From positions 192,634,001-192,698,000 of the forward strand of contig CM126207.1 in assembly GCA_052327205.1 (NCBI GenBank): DNA of 64,000 nucleotides, given 5' to 3'. The notes beneath the pieces are model-generated. The model had not been told where the DNA came from. It worked only from the letters and a program-made list of their open reading frames with translations, and did no database searches. Shown here one piece after another: positions 13,009 to 24,400 of this stretch. The stretch's first letter is position 1. Every line of letters begins with the position of its first letter. The translations under genes and the position numbers were made by a program. Origin of the DNA: Somniosus microcephalus (taxonomy: Eukaryota).

Positions 13009-14230
13009 GGTGGCACCAAGGTTGTCAACTATGTCTGATCCATTCACCTTGGATGAACTAAACGCATCCCTGTCGACAACCAAATCTGGAAAAGCTGCTG
13101 GTCCAGATGGTGTTTAACCAGAATTCCTTAAAGTACTGGGACCTCCTTCTTCTCTGAGGTACTGGCAACCAGTAAAATTCCATCTATTTGGAGGGAGGCT
13201 AAAATAATTGCCCTCATGAAGCAGGGGAAGAATGGTTGTGAAGCCTCCAGCTACCGCCCAATCTCCTTACTTTGCACTTGTTATAAAGTGCTGGAGAGGC
13301 TACTACTCCAAAGACTAGCCCCCATCATCGAGCCAACCATCCCTAAGGAGCAACCTAAAGTGGTAGCTTTAACAACGCACATCGAATCAGGCTTCCAGCG
13401 CCAGCTCAAGACCGCCGTAGCACTCGTGGACCTGTCAGCAGCGTATGACACAGCATGGAAGCAGGGACTGCTTTTCAAGCTCTCCACCATTTTACCCTGC
13501 AGAATAACGATCCATCTTCTCCACTCCATGCTTAGCAAGTGATGCTTCCGTGTGTACTCTGGCACCCAGAAGAGCAGATATAGGATATTGAACAACAGAC
13601 TCCCACAGGATTCTGTCCTGGCACCCATATTATTCAACGTTTACATCAGTGACCTGCCCGAAACGGAGTCCCACAAATTCATATACACTGATGACATTGC
13701 CTTGGCCACGCAAAACATGAATCTGCCCATCACCGAGGAGACCCTGACCAGTGATTTACAGAGGATGGAGGTCTACTTCCGCCGATGGCGACTTCGGCCA
13801 AACCCGCAAAAAACCGTCACGTCGACAGTCCACCTCAACACCCATCAAGCAAACCAAGCCTTGAAAGTCTCCTTTTGCGGTACAGAGGTAAACCATGACA
13901 AAAAACCCTCCTATTTAGGAGTCACGCTCAATCGCATCCTGTCATATAGACAACATCTCCAGAACCTTGGGAAGAAACTAAAGAGTAGGGTCAACTTGAT
14001 CCAGAAACTCGCTGGATCCACATGGGGAGCAGACGCTCAAACCCTCCGTATGGTAGCACTCACCCTGGGGAACTCTACAGTGGAGTACTGCTCTCTGGCA
14101 TGGCTATCAAGTCCGCATGTCAAATCCATTAATGTCCAGCTGCATTCTACTATGAGAATGATCAGTGGTACGCTTTTATCAACACCAACACCTTGGCTGC
14201 CCGTGCTTGCAAACATCACACCACAGACCC
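13009..14230 (+). mobile_element. Ingi/Vingi-like LINE, RT region (5' part; split by nested insertions)
   Basis: KAAGPDGV, YRPISLL, VDLSAAYD, LPQDSVLAPILFNVY, YTDDIALA, WRLRPNPQKT; clade assignment from memory. Confidence 0.7.
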
Positions 14231-14231
14231 C

Positions 14232-15747
14232 ATGAAGTCTCATGGCATCAGGTTAAACACGGGCAAGGAAACCTCCTGCTGATTACCATGACTGCCCTCA
14301 CTCAGCTGATGAATCAGTACTTCTCCATGTTGAACACCACTTAGAAGAAACACTGAGGGTAGCAAGGGCACAGAATGTACTCTGGGTGGGGGACTTCAAT
14401 GTCCATCAGCAAAAGTGGCTCGGTAGCACCACTACTGACTGAGCTGGCCGAGTCCTGAAGGACATAGCTGCCATACTGGGCCTGCAGCAGGTGATGAGAG
14501 AACCTACTTGACCTCCTCCTCACCAATCTACCTGTTGCAGATGCATCTGTCCATGACAGTATTGGTAGCAGTGACCATTGCACAGTTCCGTCTTCACACT
14601 GATGACACCCTCCATCGTGTTGTGTGGCACTACCACCGTGCTAAATGGGATAGATTCAGAACAGATATAGCAGCTCAAAACTGGCCATCCATGAGGCGCT
14701 GTGGGCCATCAGCAGCAGCAGAATTGTATTCCACCACAATCTGTAACTTCATGACCCAGTATATCCCTCACTCTACCATTAACATCAAGCCAGGGGACCA
14801 ACCCTGGTTCAATAAGGAGTGTAGAAGAGCATGCCAGGAGCAGCACCAGGAGTACCTAAAACTGAGGTGCCAACCTGGGGAAGCTGCAACACAGGATTAC
14901 ATGCATGTTAAAAAGAAGAAGCAGCATGCTATAGACAGAGCTAAGCAATCCCACAACCAACAGATCAGATCATAGCTTTGCAGTCCTGTCGCATTCAGTC
15001 GTGAAAAGTGGTGGACCATTAAACAACTGACTGGAGGAGGAGGCTCCATGAACATCCCCATCCTTAAAGAAGGTGGAACCCAGCACGCGAGTGCAAAAGA
15101 CAAGGCTGGAGCGTTTGCAACCATCTTCAGCCAGAAGTGCAAGTGGATGATCCATCTTGACCTCCTCCTGAGGTCCCCACCATCACAGAAGCCAGTCTTC
15201 AGCCAATTCAATTCACTTCACATGATATCAAGAAATGGCTGAGCGCACTGGATACAGCAAAGGCTATGGGCCCCGACAACATCCCAACTGTCATGCTGAA
15301 GACTTGTGCTCCAGAACTAGCCGCGCCTCTAGCCAAGCTGTTCCAGTAAAGCTACAACTCTGGCATACACCTGACAATGTGGAAAACTACCCAGGTATGT
15401 CCTGTCCACAAAAACAGGGCAAATCCAATCTGACCAATTACCACCCCATCAGTCTACTCTCAATCATCAGCAAAGTGGTGGAAGGTGTTCTCGACAGTGC
15501 TATCAAGTGGCACTTACTCACCAATAACTTGCTCACCAATGCTCAGTTTGGGTTCCGCCAGAACCACTCAGCTCCAGAATTCATTACAGCCTTGGTCCAA
15601 ACATGGACAAAAGAGCTGAATTCCAGAGGTGAGATGAGAATGACTGCCCTTGACATTTGACCGAGTGTAGTATCAAGGAGCCCTAGTAAAATTGAAATCA
15701 ATGGGAATCAGGGAAAAGTCATACCTAGCACAAAGGAAGATGGTTGT
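14232..15747 (+). mobile_element. CR1-group LINE (APE-to-RT part) nested in the Vingi-like element
   Basis: WVGDFNVH-type endonuclease motif, KPGDQPWFNKECRR, NYHPISLLSIISK, QFGFRQ; continues after the LTR insertion at 19386. Confidence 0.75.
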
Positions 15748-18700
15748 TGTTAAGTATGTGTATTGTATTGAACAATTAACACAAAGACTTAAACGTATAA
15801 CTCAAACAGGTCTTTACTGGTTGGAGGTAGGGACTATACTGAATACAAGATTACTGCACAGTGCTTATATACCGGTGTGTTCACCCCCGGTATTACGTCT
15901 ACAGCAGCCCGAGAAAGTAGTACATCTCTTAAGGTGGAACAGGCTTAAGCTCTCTTAAGGTGGAACAGGTTACATACACAACACTCCTCCCTTCTTAGCT
16001 TTATAGTCATCCCCCCATTTAACATAACGTAATAACATATATACATATATAACTTCATGTTTAACGTAACATATCACAGATTCAGTCTCTGCGGAAAACA
16101 GTTCACAGATTCAATCTCTGTGGTGTAGTCGGTTCACGTTACTCATTCAATAGTCCTTTCATGGATTTAACAGCTTGAACTTCCGAACTGATTTGGCTCC
16201 GTTCGGAGGGACCACGTGTGTGATCTGGTAGAGGTGATAATGGTTCAGATGGGTCACCTTCTGTTTTTACTTTTCCTTTTCTGCTTCTTGGAGACTCTCT
16301 GGGCTCCATTGTCAGCTGCCACAGCTGCCAGCTGCATGCGCAGTTCCTCCTTCTCTTCCTCCTGTTTCCGTCGTAGAGCCAGCTTCTCCCGATGTTCCGT
16401 AGACTTTTGGTGCTCCTCCATGATTTCTGCACTTTGGGAGTCGAAGTTACAAGCTGGGCAGGACAGGACATCGTAATATTCGGTGTCGTCCACCAGGTCA
16501 TAGTAATATTCGGTGTCGTCCTGAGCTAGACCAGTGAGAGGGTCGTCTATTTCCTCCATACCCAGCTGGACGTTAGCCAGCTCTTGTTCCAAATCCAGAC
16601 ATCTTTCCTGAAGAGACTTCTTCATGTGTACCTCTGCATCCAGCTTTTTCTGGGCTTTCAGCAAGTCGTTTACTAGTGACCTCATTTGTGATTTTAATAC
16701 TTCAACTTCCTTTGGAGATTGATTGGTCGGACTATGCAATCCCTCTACCGGAGCAGCTGTTTCAGCGGTCTGTTGTTCTACATTGACGTGAGTCAGCGTA
16801 CTTTTGGCATCCAATGGCTGCTCTGTTGCAGTCGTTTCAGTCTGTGTCGTCACATCAGCCATCTCAATGACTTTTGAGAGCTCCGAACCCTTTCCCTTTG
16901 AAGATCGCAGCTCGTGTTCAAGTTTTTCCCATTTCAGAGTCTTGTCCCTCAGCATATGAAGGAGTTGGCTGACCGTTAACTCTTCTGACACCAGATTATG
17001 GCACGCACCTTCAGAACCTGAATCAGCTTTGATTCGTTCGGCCTCCTCGCGCAGATGGTTGGTGTGCTCCTGCTCCATTTTCTCCATCAGTTGTTTCTGT
17101 TGCCTTTCCAGATTCTCCCACTCTGTAACAAAGAACTTTTTTATTTCATTCATCTCTTGCTCAAAACGGCGAATCATTTGTTCTAATTGCTGTTGTAGTT
17201 TGAAATGGAGTTGAGTTCGAGCCCAGTGGCCCTCAAAAATGTGCATATCAGTAGACTTGACAGACTCAGAATTCTCTGTTAAACTATGTTGTTGTTGCTC
17301 AGTGGAATTCTGTGCTGAAACTTTGTCTTTTGCACATGGGTTGGTCTTACCATCATCAGTTCTAGAGTCTGGGCTGATTATCTGCACCGAGTTCTCACTC
17401 TTTATGGCTTTTAGCGAGTGCCAGTCCATATTTATGTTTCTAAACCACTCCCGGCCTAGTAGTGGTGGACCTCCCTCTGGTAGCACATATAAGTCCATTA
17501 TTTGACTTCCTTCGCCCTTGTTGGCCACTGCAACCTTTATTGTCCCGATGGGGTACACTCTCTGCCCCGTGTAGGTTGTCAATATAATCTCCGTATCCTG
17601 TAGGGGAATATGTTGGAATAACCTTCTGTAATCTTTCTTATTCATGACCGACAATGCCGATCCAGTGTCCAATTCCATTTTTACTTGGACTCCTTCTATC
17701 TGAAGAGTAACCCAAATTGTCTGGAGGTCTGCACCCTTACCAACGTTGAGTACCCTTAAGCTAGCCAGTTCAATACTGCTTAAGCCAGCCTGTTCATTAC
17801 TGCTAGCGTCTGAATCGGACTCCTGTTCGGCCACCTTGTGTACCTTTGCGTATTTCCCTTGCGGTGACTTCTTGTTGCTGGTCTTCTTCCCTGACCTGCA
17901 TACTCTAGCTATATGTCCAAGCTTACCACATGTTCTGCATGCTTGGTTTTTAAACCAACACTGGTTCTGATCATGCGTTGTCTTTCCACAACGATAACAT
18001 TTAACAGAACTCACACCCAATTTGTGTGCACTGAGCTCCGGTGACCGTAGCTGCATTACTGCCGTGCCTCTCGCTGCGGCTTCGTGTGCTGCTGCCATAG
18101 TGACCGCCTTCTCAAGCGTCAGCTCATTCTCCTCGAGCAGTCGCTTTTGTGTATCCTGTTTAAATAAACCACACACAAATTTGTCTCATAGTGCATCTGT
18201 CAGTCCCGTTCCAAACTGGCAATATTTCGCTAATTTACGCAATTCCAGCAAATATTCAGCATTGCTTTCATGCTGTAGCTGCCTTCTGTCGTAAAATTTA
18301 AATCGTTCCGCTAGCATCAGCGGCGTGGGGTTTAGATGATCTTTCAGGACAGTGACAATCTCATCGAACGTCTTATCCGCCGGTTCATCTGGTGATAACA
18401 GGTGTTTCAATTGCCCGTATGTCTTCGCACCCATTAAATTTAATAATGTTAGTGCTTTATCAGCCTCACGAATTTTATTGGCCTTACAATAATTTTTAAC
18501 TCGTTCAACATATATGGCCCAATCTTCGATGTCACTATCAAAGTTGCTAATATTCCCGTGTTTAGGCATTGTAGTACTTTATCAGATTTGCAATTTCTCA
18601 GATTTTTTTTTTTTACTGCTATCCAAGATGGCGGCTTCCCGCTCTTGCCGTCGTCCTCCGCCCACAAAATGGCGGTTTTCCCGCGCTTGGCGGTCTTCAC

Positions 18701-19385
18701 CCGTCCCCCGACGCCGTCTCCCTTCAGCCCCGAGTGCGGCCCTTATCTCCGCCGCGATCGATGGCCCGCGCTTTTCACCGCGGCTCTCGCGCCTTCATTG
18801 TCTGCCGACGCTGCGCCTTTCAGCCCGAGTGCGGCCCTTATCAGGGATTTCGATCGATGGCCCGGCTGCGCCTCGCACTTGAAAGCGGCCCGGCCCTTAT
18901 CAGTGCTTGCGATCGATGGCCCGGCTGCGCCCCTCACTTCAAAGCGGCCCGGCCCTTATCTGCCGATCGCTATCGCCCTGTACCTCTCTCTTCCCCAGTC
19001 CTGTCTTCTACTCCGGTTCACAAGCTGATGGAGGCTTCAGGGTCCTAATGCCTGTCGCTTCCAGTGGGGTGGTGAGTGGTGAGGTTTGAAACCTCTCTTC
19101 AACCGCCGTGGAATAACTGCCGCAGGGTAAGAACCTGACTCGTCGCCAGTGTTAAGTATGTGTATTGTATTGAACAATTAACACAAAGACTTAAACGTAT
19201 AACTCAAACAGGTCTTTACTGGTTGGAGGTAGGGACTATACTGAATACAAGATTACTGCACAGTGCTTATATACCGGTGTGTTCACCCCCGGTATTACGT
19301 CTACAGCAGCCCGAGAAAGTAGTACATCTCTTAAGGTGGAACAGGCTTAAGCTCTCTTAAGGTGGAACAGGTTACATACACAACA
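15748..19385 (-). mobile_element. Non-autonomous chimeric LTR retrotransposon, copy A (Gag-PR-captured host domains, no RT/RH/IN)
   Basis: 236-bp LTRs at 15748-15983 and 19150-19385 with no difference seen; 5-bp TSD GTTGT; PBS TGGCGACGAG; PPT AAGAAGGGAGGAG. Confidence 0.95.
16254..18569 (-). pseudogene. Gag-protease-coiled coil-C2H2 fusion, copy A; one nonsense codon (CGA>TGA at 18186-18188)
   Basis: ORFs 18569-18186 and 18176-16254 are in the same frame and colinear with the intact 741-aa ORF at 22307-24532. Confidence 0.9.
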
Positions 19386-20400
19386 GTTGTGGTTGTTGGA
19401 GGTCAATCATCTCAGCCCCAGGACATTGCTGCAGCAGTTCCTCAGGGCAGTGTCCTAGGCCTAACCATCTTCAGCTGCTTGATTAATGACCTTCCCTTCA
19501 ACATAAGGTCAGAAGTGGGGTTGTTCGCTGATGATTGCATAGTGTTCAGTTCCATTCGCAACTCCTCAGATAATGAAGCAGTCCATGCCTGCATGCAGCA
19601 AGACCTGGACGTCATTCATGCTTGGGCTGATAAATGGCAAGTAACTTTCACGCCATGCAAGTGCCAGGCAATGACTATTTCCAACAAGAGATCGTCTAAC
19701 CACCACCTCTTGACATTCAATGGCATTACCATTGTGAATCCCCCACCATCAACATCCTGGGGATCACAATTGACCAGAAACTTAACTGCATCAGCCACAT
19801 TAATACTGTGGTAAAAAGAGCAGGTCAGAGGCTGGGTATCTGCAGTGAGTGTCTCACCTCCTGACTCCCCAAAGCCTTTCCACCATCTATAAGGCACAAG
19901 TCAGGAGTGTGATGGAATACTCTCCACTTGCCTGGATGAGTGCAGCTCCAACAACACTCAAGAAGCTCGACACCATCCAGGACAAAGCAGCCCGCTTTAT
20001 TGACACCCCATCCACCACCTTAAACATTCACTCCCTCCACCATCAGCACACTATGGCTGCAGTGTGTACCATCTACAAGATGCACTGCAGCAACTCACCA
20101 AGGTTTCTTCAGCAGCACCCCCCAAACCCAAGACCTCTACCACCTAGAAGGACAAGAGCAGCAGGTGCATGTGAACACCATCTTCTCCAAGTTCCCCTCC
20201 AACTCACACACCATCCTGGCTTGGAAATATATCGCTGTTCCTTCATAGTTGCTGGGTCAAAATCCTGGAACTCCCTTCCTAAAAGCAGTATAGGAGTACC
20301 TTCACCACACAGACTGCAGCAGTTCAAGAATGGAGGCTCACCACCGCCTTCTCAAGGGCAATTAGGGACACCCACATCCCAGGAACGAATATAAAAAGAA
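19386..20400 (+). mobile_element. CR1-group LINE RT and 3' end (continuation of 14232-15747)
   Basis: VPQGSVLG, FADDC, AWADKWQVTF, YKAQVRSVMEYSPL; A-rich end near 20395. Confidence 0.8.
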
Positions 20401-20926
20401 ACACCTAAGCCGCAAATATGCACTTTCCAGAGAATACAACCGCTACACCAGCAAAGACATGCCGATCCAGGCCGACTTGAACAACCTACCACCAACCCGT
20501 CTCAAAGCTAGAAGGCCATTTTGGACTGTCGACGAAGCCCTTCAGTGATCTCCCCTCAGCCTTGATGACCGATGGCAAAATGCTTGGAAGAACTGTAACA
20601 TACGGAATGGATTCCTTATAGAGGACCCCACAGTACAATCTGAAGGATCAAACCTTCCTCGCAAAATGTGGACAACCATCAACCGCCTCAGAACTGGTCA
20701 TGGTAGATGCTGTCACCTTCTCCATAGATGGAAGATTAAAGCATCTCCATCATGCGACTGTGGAGCTCCTAATCAGACCCTGGAGCACATCAGTGAGCAC
20801 TGCCCTCAGAGGAAATTCGCAGGCAGTCTACAAGATATCCACGGTTACACCAGAAGCTTTGGCCTGGGTATCTGACTTAGATATTGGCATTTGATTTGCT
20901 TTTCTACTACCATACGAAAGAAGAAG
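20401..20926 (+). mobile_element. Ingi/Vingi-like LINE 3' end (continuation of 13009-14230)
   Basis: NRLRTGHGRC...W...SPSCDCGAPNQTLEHISEHCP C-terminal Cys/His motif; ends catacgaaagaagaag. Confidence 0.7.
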
Positions 20927-21483
20927 TTGTAATGTAGAAAACACAGTAGCCAATTTACCTCAGTTTAACATCTCATCTGAAAGACAGCACGTCCCACAGT
21001 GCAGCACTCCCTCAGTACCAAAATCTGTGTATGTGAACCCCCAGGCATCTCTATTCCTGAACATCCTTTAAAATTATACCATTTAGTTTATATTACCTCT
21101 CCTCATTCTTCCTCCCAAATGAAGTTCACTATTGTGTATGGTCACTGTCTTTGACGTACTGCAATTAAGTTCCAGGCTAACATGTCATCCAGTGCTTACA
21201 GCAGAGGAGAGGTTTGAATATGTTGAGCCAAATGTGCCTCAGACTCTTGTATCTTTTCTCTCCTCAAGGTGCTGACCCTTGCTGGATGTGGTTCTATTGT
21301 GGCCATGCGTGAGCTTAGGACAGATGAGCAAATCCTTTCCCATTGGAGCATCACATCCATGCCTGATTCTATGCTCACCTGCTGTCTACACATGTATTTT
21401 CCAGCGGGTTGTGTTCAGGAGAGGAAATGCTGGCTGACCTTCTCCTCCCTAGCTGACAGGGTACTGAGCCCAATTATACTACC

Positions 21484-24400
21484 TGTTGTGTATGTAATAT
21501 GTGTGCTACTTTGAACCTATGGACAGGACTGCACTACTTGTTGGGCGTAGTGATACGCAGTACCACTCCTGGCCATAGGGGTATAAATAGTACTGTGGGT
21601 ACTGATTCCCCTCAGTTCCCGCCTGTGGGCATGAAGTAAAGACCTATGTATAGTCCCTACCTCCAACCAGTAAAGACCTGTTTGAGTTATACATTTAAGT
21701 CTTTGTGTTAATTGTTCAATACAATACACATACTTAACACTGGCGACGAGTCAGGCTCTTACCCTGCGGCAGTTATTCCAGGCGGCTTCGTCCAAAGACA
21801 GGACGTTGAAGAGAGGTTTCAATCCTCAACACCCCACTCAAAACTGAAGGGCAGCAGAAATCCTGACAGCTTCCAGCGACTGGAAGTGACAGGCATTAGG
21901 ACCCTGAAGCCTCCATCAGCTTGTGAACCGGAGTAAAGACAGGACTGGGGAAGAGAGAGAGGTAGGGCGATAGCGATCGGCAGATAAGGGCCGGGCCGCT
22001 TTGAAGTGAGGGGCGCAGCCGGGCCAGCGATCGGGACCAAAGATAAAAGCCGCACTCGGACTGAAAGGCGCGGCGGCTGCAGAAGCTCAAGGTGCGAGAG
22101 TCGCGGTGCACAGCGCGGGCTATCGATCGCGGCGAAGATAAGGGCCGCACTCGAGGGCTGAAGGGAGACGGCGTCGGGGGACGGGTGAAGACCGCCAAGC
22201 GCGGGAAAACCGCCATTTTGTGGGCGGAGGACGACGGCAAGAGCGGGAAGCCGCCATCTTTGATAACAAGTAAAGAAAATAAAATCTGAGAAATTGCAAA
22301 TCTACAATGCCTAAACACGGGAATATTAGCACCTTTGATAGTGACCTCGAAGATTGGGCCATATATGTTGAAAGAGTAAAAAATTATTGTAAGGCCAATA
22401 AAATTCGTGACCAAGATAAAGCTCTAACATTATTAAATTTAATGGGTGCGAAGACGTACGGGCAATTGAAACACCTGTTATCACCAGATGAACCGGCGGA
22501 TAAGACGTTCGATGAGATTGTTACTGTCCTGAAAGATCATCTAAACCCCACGCCGCTGATGCTAGCGGAACGATTTAAATTTTACGACAGAAGGCAGCTA
22601 CAGCATGAAAGCAATGCTGAATATTTGCTGGAATTGCGTAAATTAGCGAAATATTGCCAGTTTGGAACGGGATTGACAGATGCACTACGAGACAAATTTG
22701 TGTGTGGTTTATTTAAACAGGATACACAAAAGCGACTGCTCGAGGAGAATGAGCTGACGCTTGAGAAGGCGGTCACTATGGCAGCAGCACACGAAGCCGC
22801 AGCGAGAGGCACGGCAGTAATGCAGCTACGGTCACCGGAGCTCAGTGCACACAAATTGGGTGTGAGTTCTGGCAAATGTTATCGTTGTGGAAAGACAACG
22901 CATGATCAGAACCAGTGTTGGTTTAAAAACCAAGAATGTAGAACTTGTGGTAGGCTTGGACATATAGCTAGAGTATGCAGGTCAGGGAAGAAGACCAGCA
23001 GCAAGAAGTCACCGCAAGGAAAATACGCAAAGGTACACAAGGTGACCGAACAGGAGTCCGATTCAGACGCTAGCAGTAATGAACTTGCTAGCTTAAGCTG
23101 TAATGAACTGGCTAGCTTAAGAGTACTCAACGCTGGTAAGGGTGCAGACCTCCAGACAATTTGGGTCACTCTTCAGATAGAAGGAGTCCAAGTAAAACTG
23201 GAATTGGACACTGGATCGGCATTGACGGTCATAAATAAGAAAGATTACGGAAAGTTATTCCAACATATTCCCCTACAGGATACGGGGATTATATTGAAAA
23301 CATACACGGGGCAAAGAGTGTACCCCATCGGGAAAATAGAGGTTGCAGTGGCCCACAAGGGCGAAGACAGTCAAATAATGGACTTATATGTGATATCTGA
23401 AGGAGGTCCTCCACTACTAGGACGGGAGTGGATTAGGAAAATGAATATGGACTGGCATTTCCTACAAACAATAACGAGTGAGAACTCGGTGAAGATAGTC
23501 GGCCCAGACTCTGGAACGGATGATGGTAAGCCCAACTCAGGTGCAAAAGACAAAGTTTCAGCACAGAATTCCACTGAGCAACAACAACATAGTTTAACTG
23601 TGGATTCTGAGTCTGGCAAGTCTACTGATGTGCCCATTTCTGAGGGACACCGGGCTCGAACTCAACTCCATTTCAAACTACAACAGCAATTAGAACAAAT
23701 GCTTCGCCGTTTTGAGCAAGAGTTGAATGCAACGAAAGAGTTCTTTGATATAGAGTTGGAGAATCTGGAAAGACAACAGAAGCAGCTGATGGAGAAAATG
23801 GAGCAGGAGCACACAAAACGTCTGATGTCAGAGGAGTTAACGGTCAGCCAACTCCTGCATATGCTGAAGGACAGGACTCTGAAATGGGAAAAACTTGAAC
23901 ATGAACTTCAATATTCAAACGAAAGGGGTTCGGAGCTCTCAAAGGTTATTGGAAGAGCTGAGGTGGCAACACAGACTGAGATGACTGCAACAGAGCAGCC
24001 CTTGGATGCCAAAAGTACGCTGACTCACGTCAACGTAGAACAACAGACCGCTGAAACAGCTGCTCCGGTAGAGGGATTGCATAGTCCGATCAATCAATCT
24101 CCAAAGGAAGTTGAAGTATTAAAATCACAAATGAGGTCACTAGTAAACGACTTGCTGAAAGCCCAGAAAAAGCTGGATGCAGAGGTACACATGAAGAAGT
24201 CTCTTCAGGAAAGATGTCTGGATTTGGAACAAGAGCTGGCTAACGTCCAGCTAGGTATGGAGGAAATAGACGACCCTCTCACTGGTCTAGCTCAGGACGA
24301 CACCGAATATTACGATGTCCTGTCCTGCCCAGCTTGTAACTTCGACTCCCAAAGTGCAGAAATCATGGAGGAGCACCAAAAGTCTACGGAACATCGGGAG

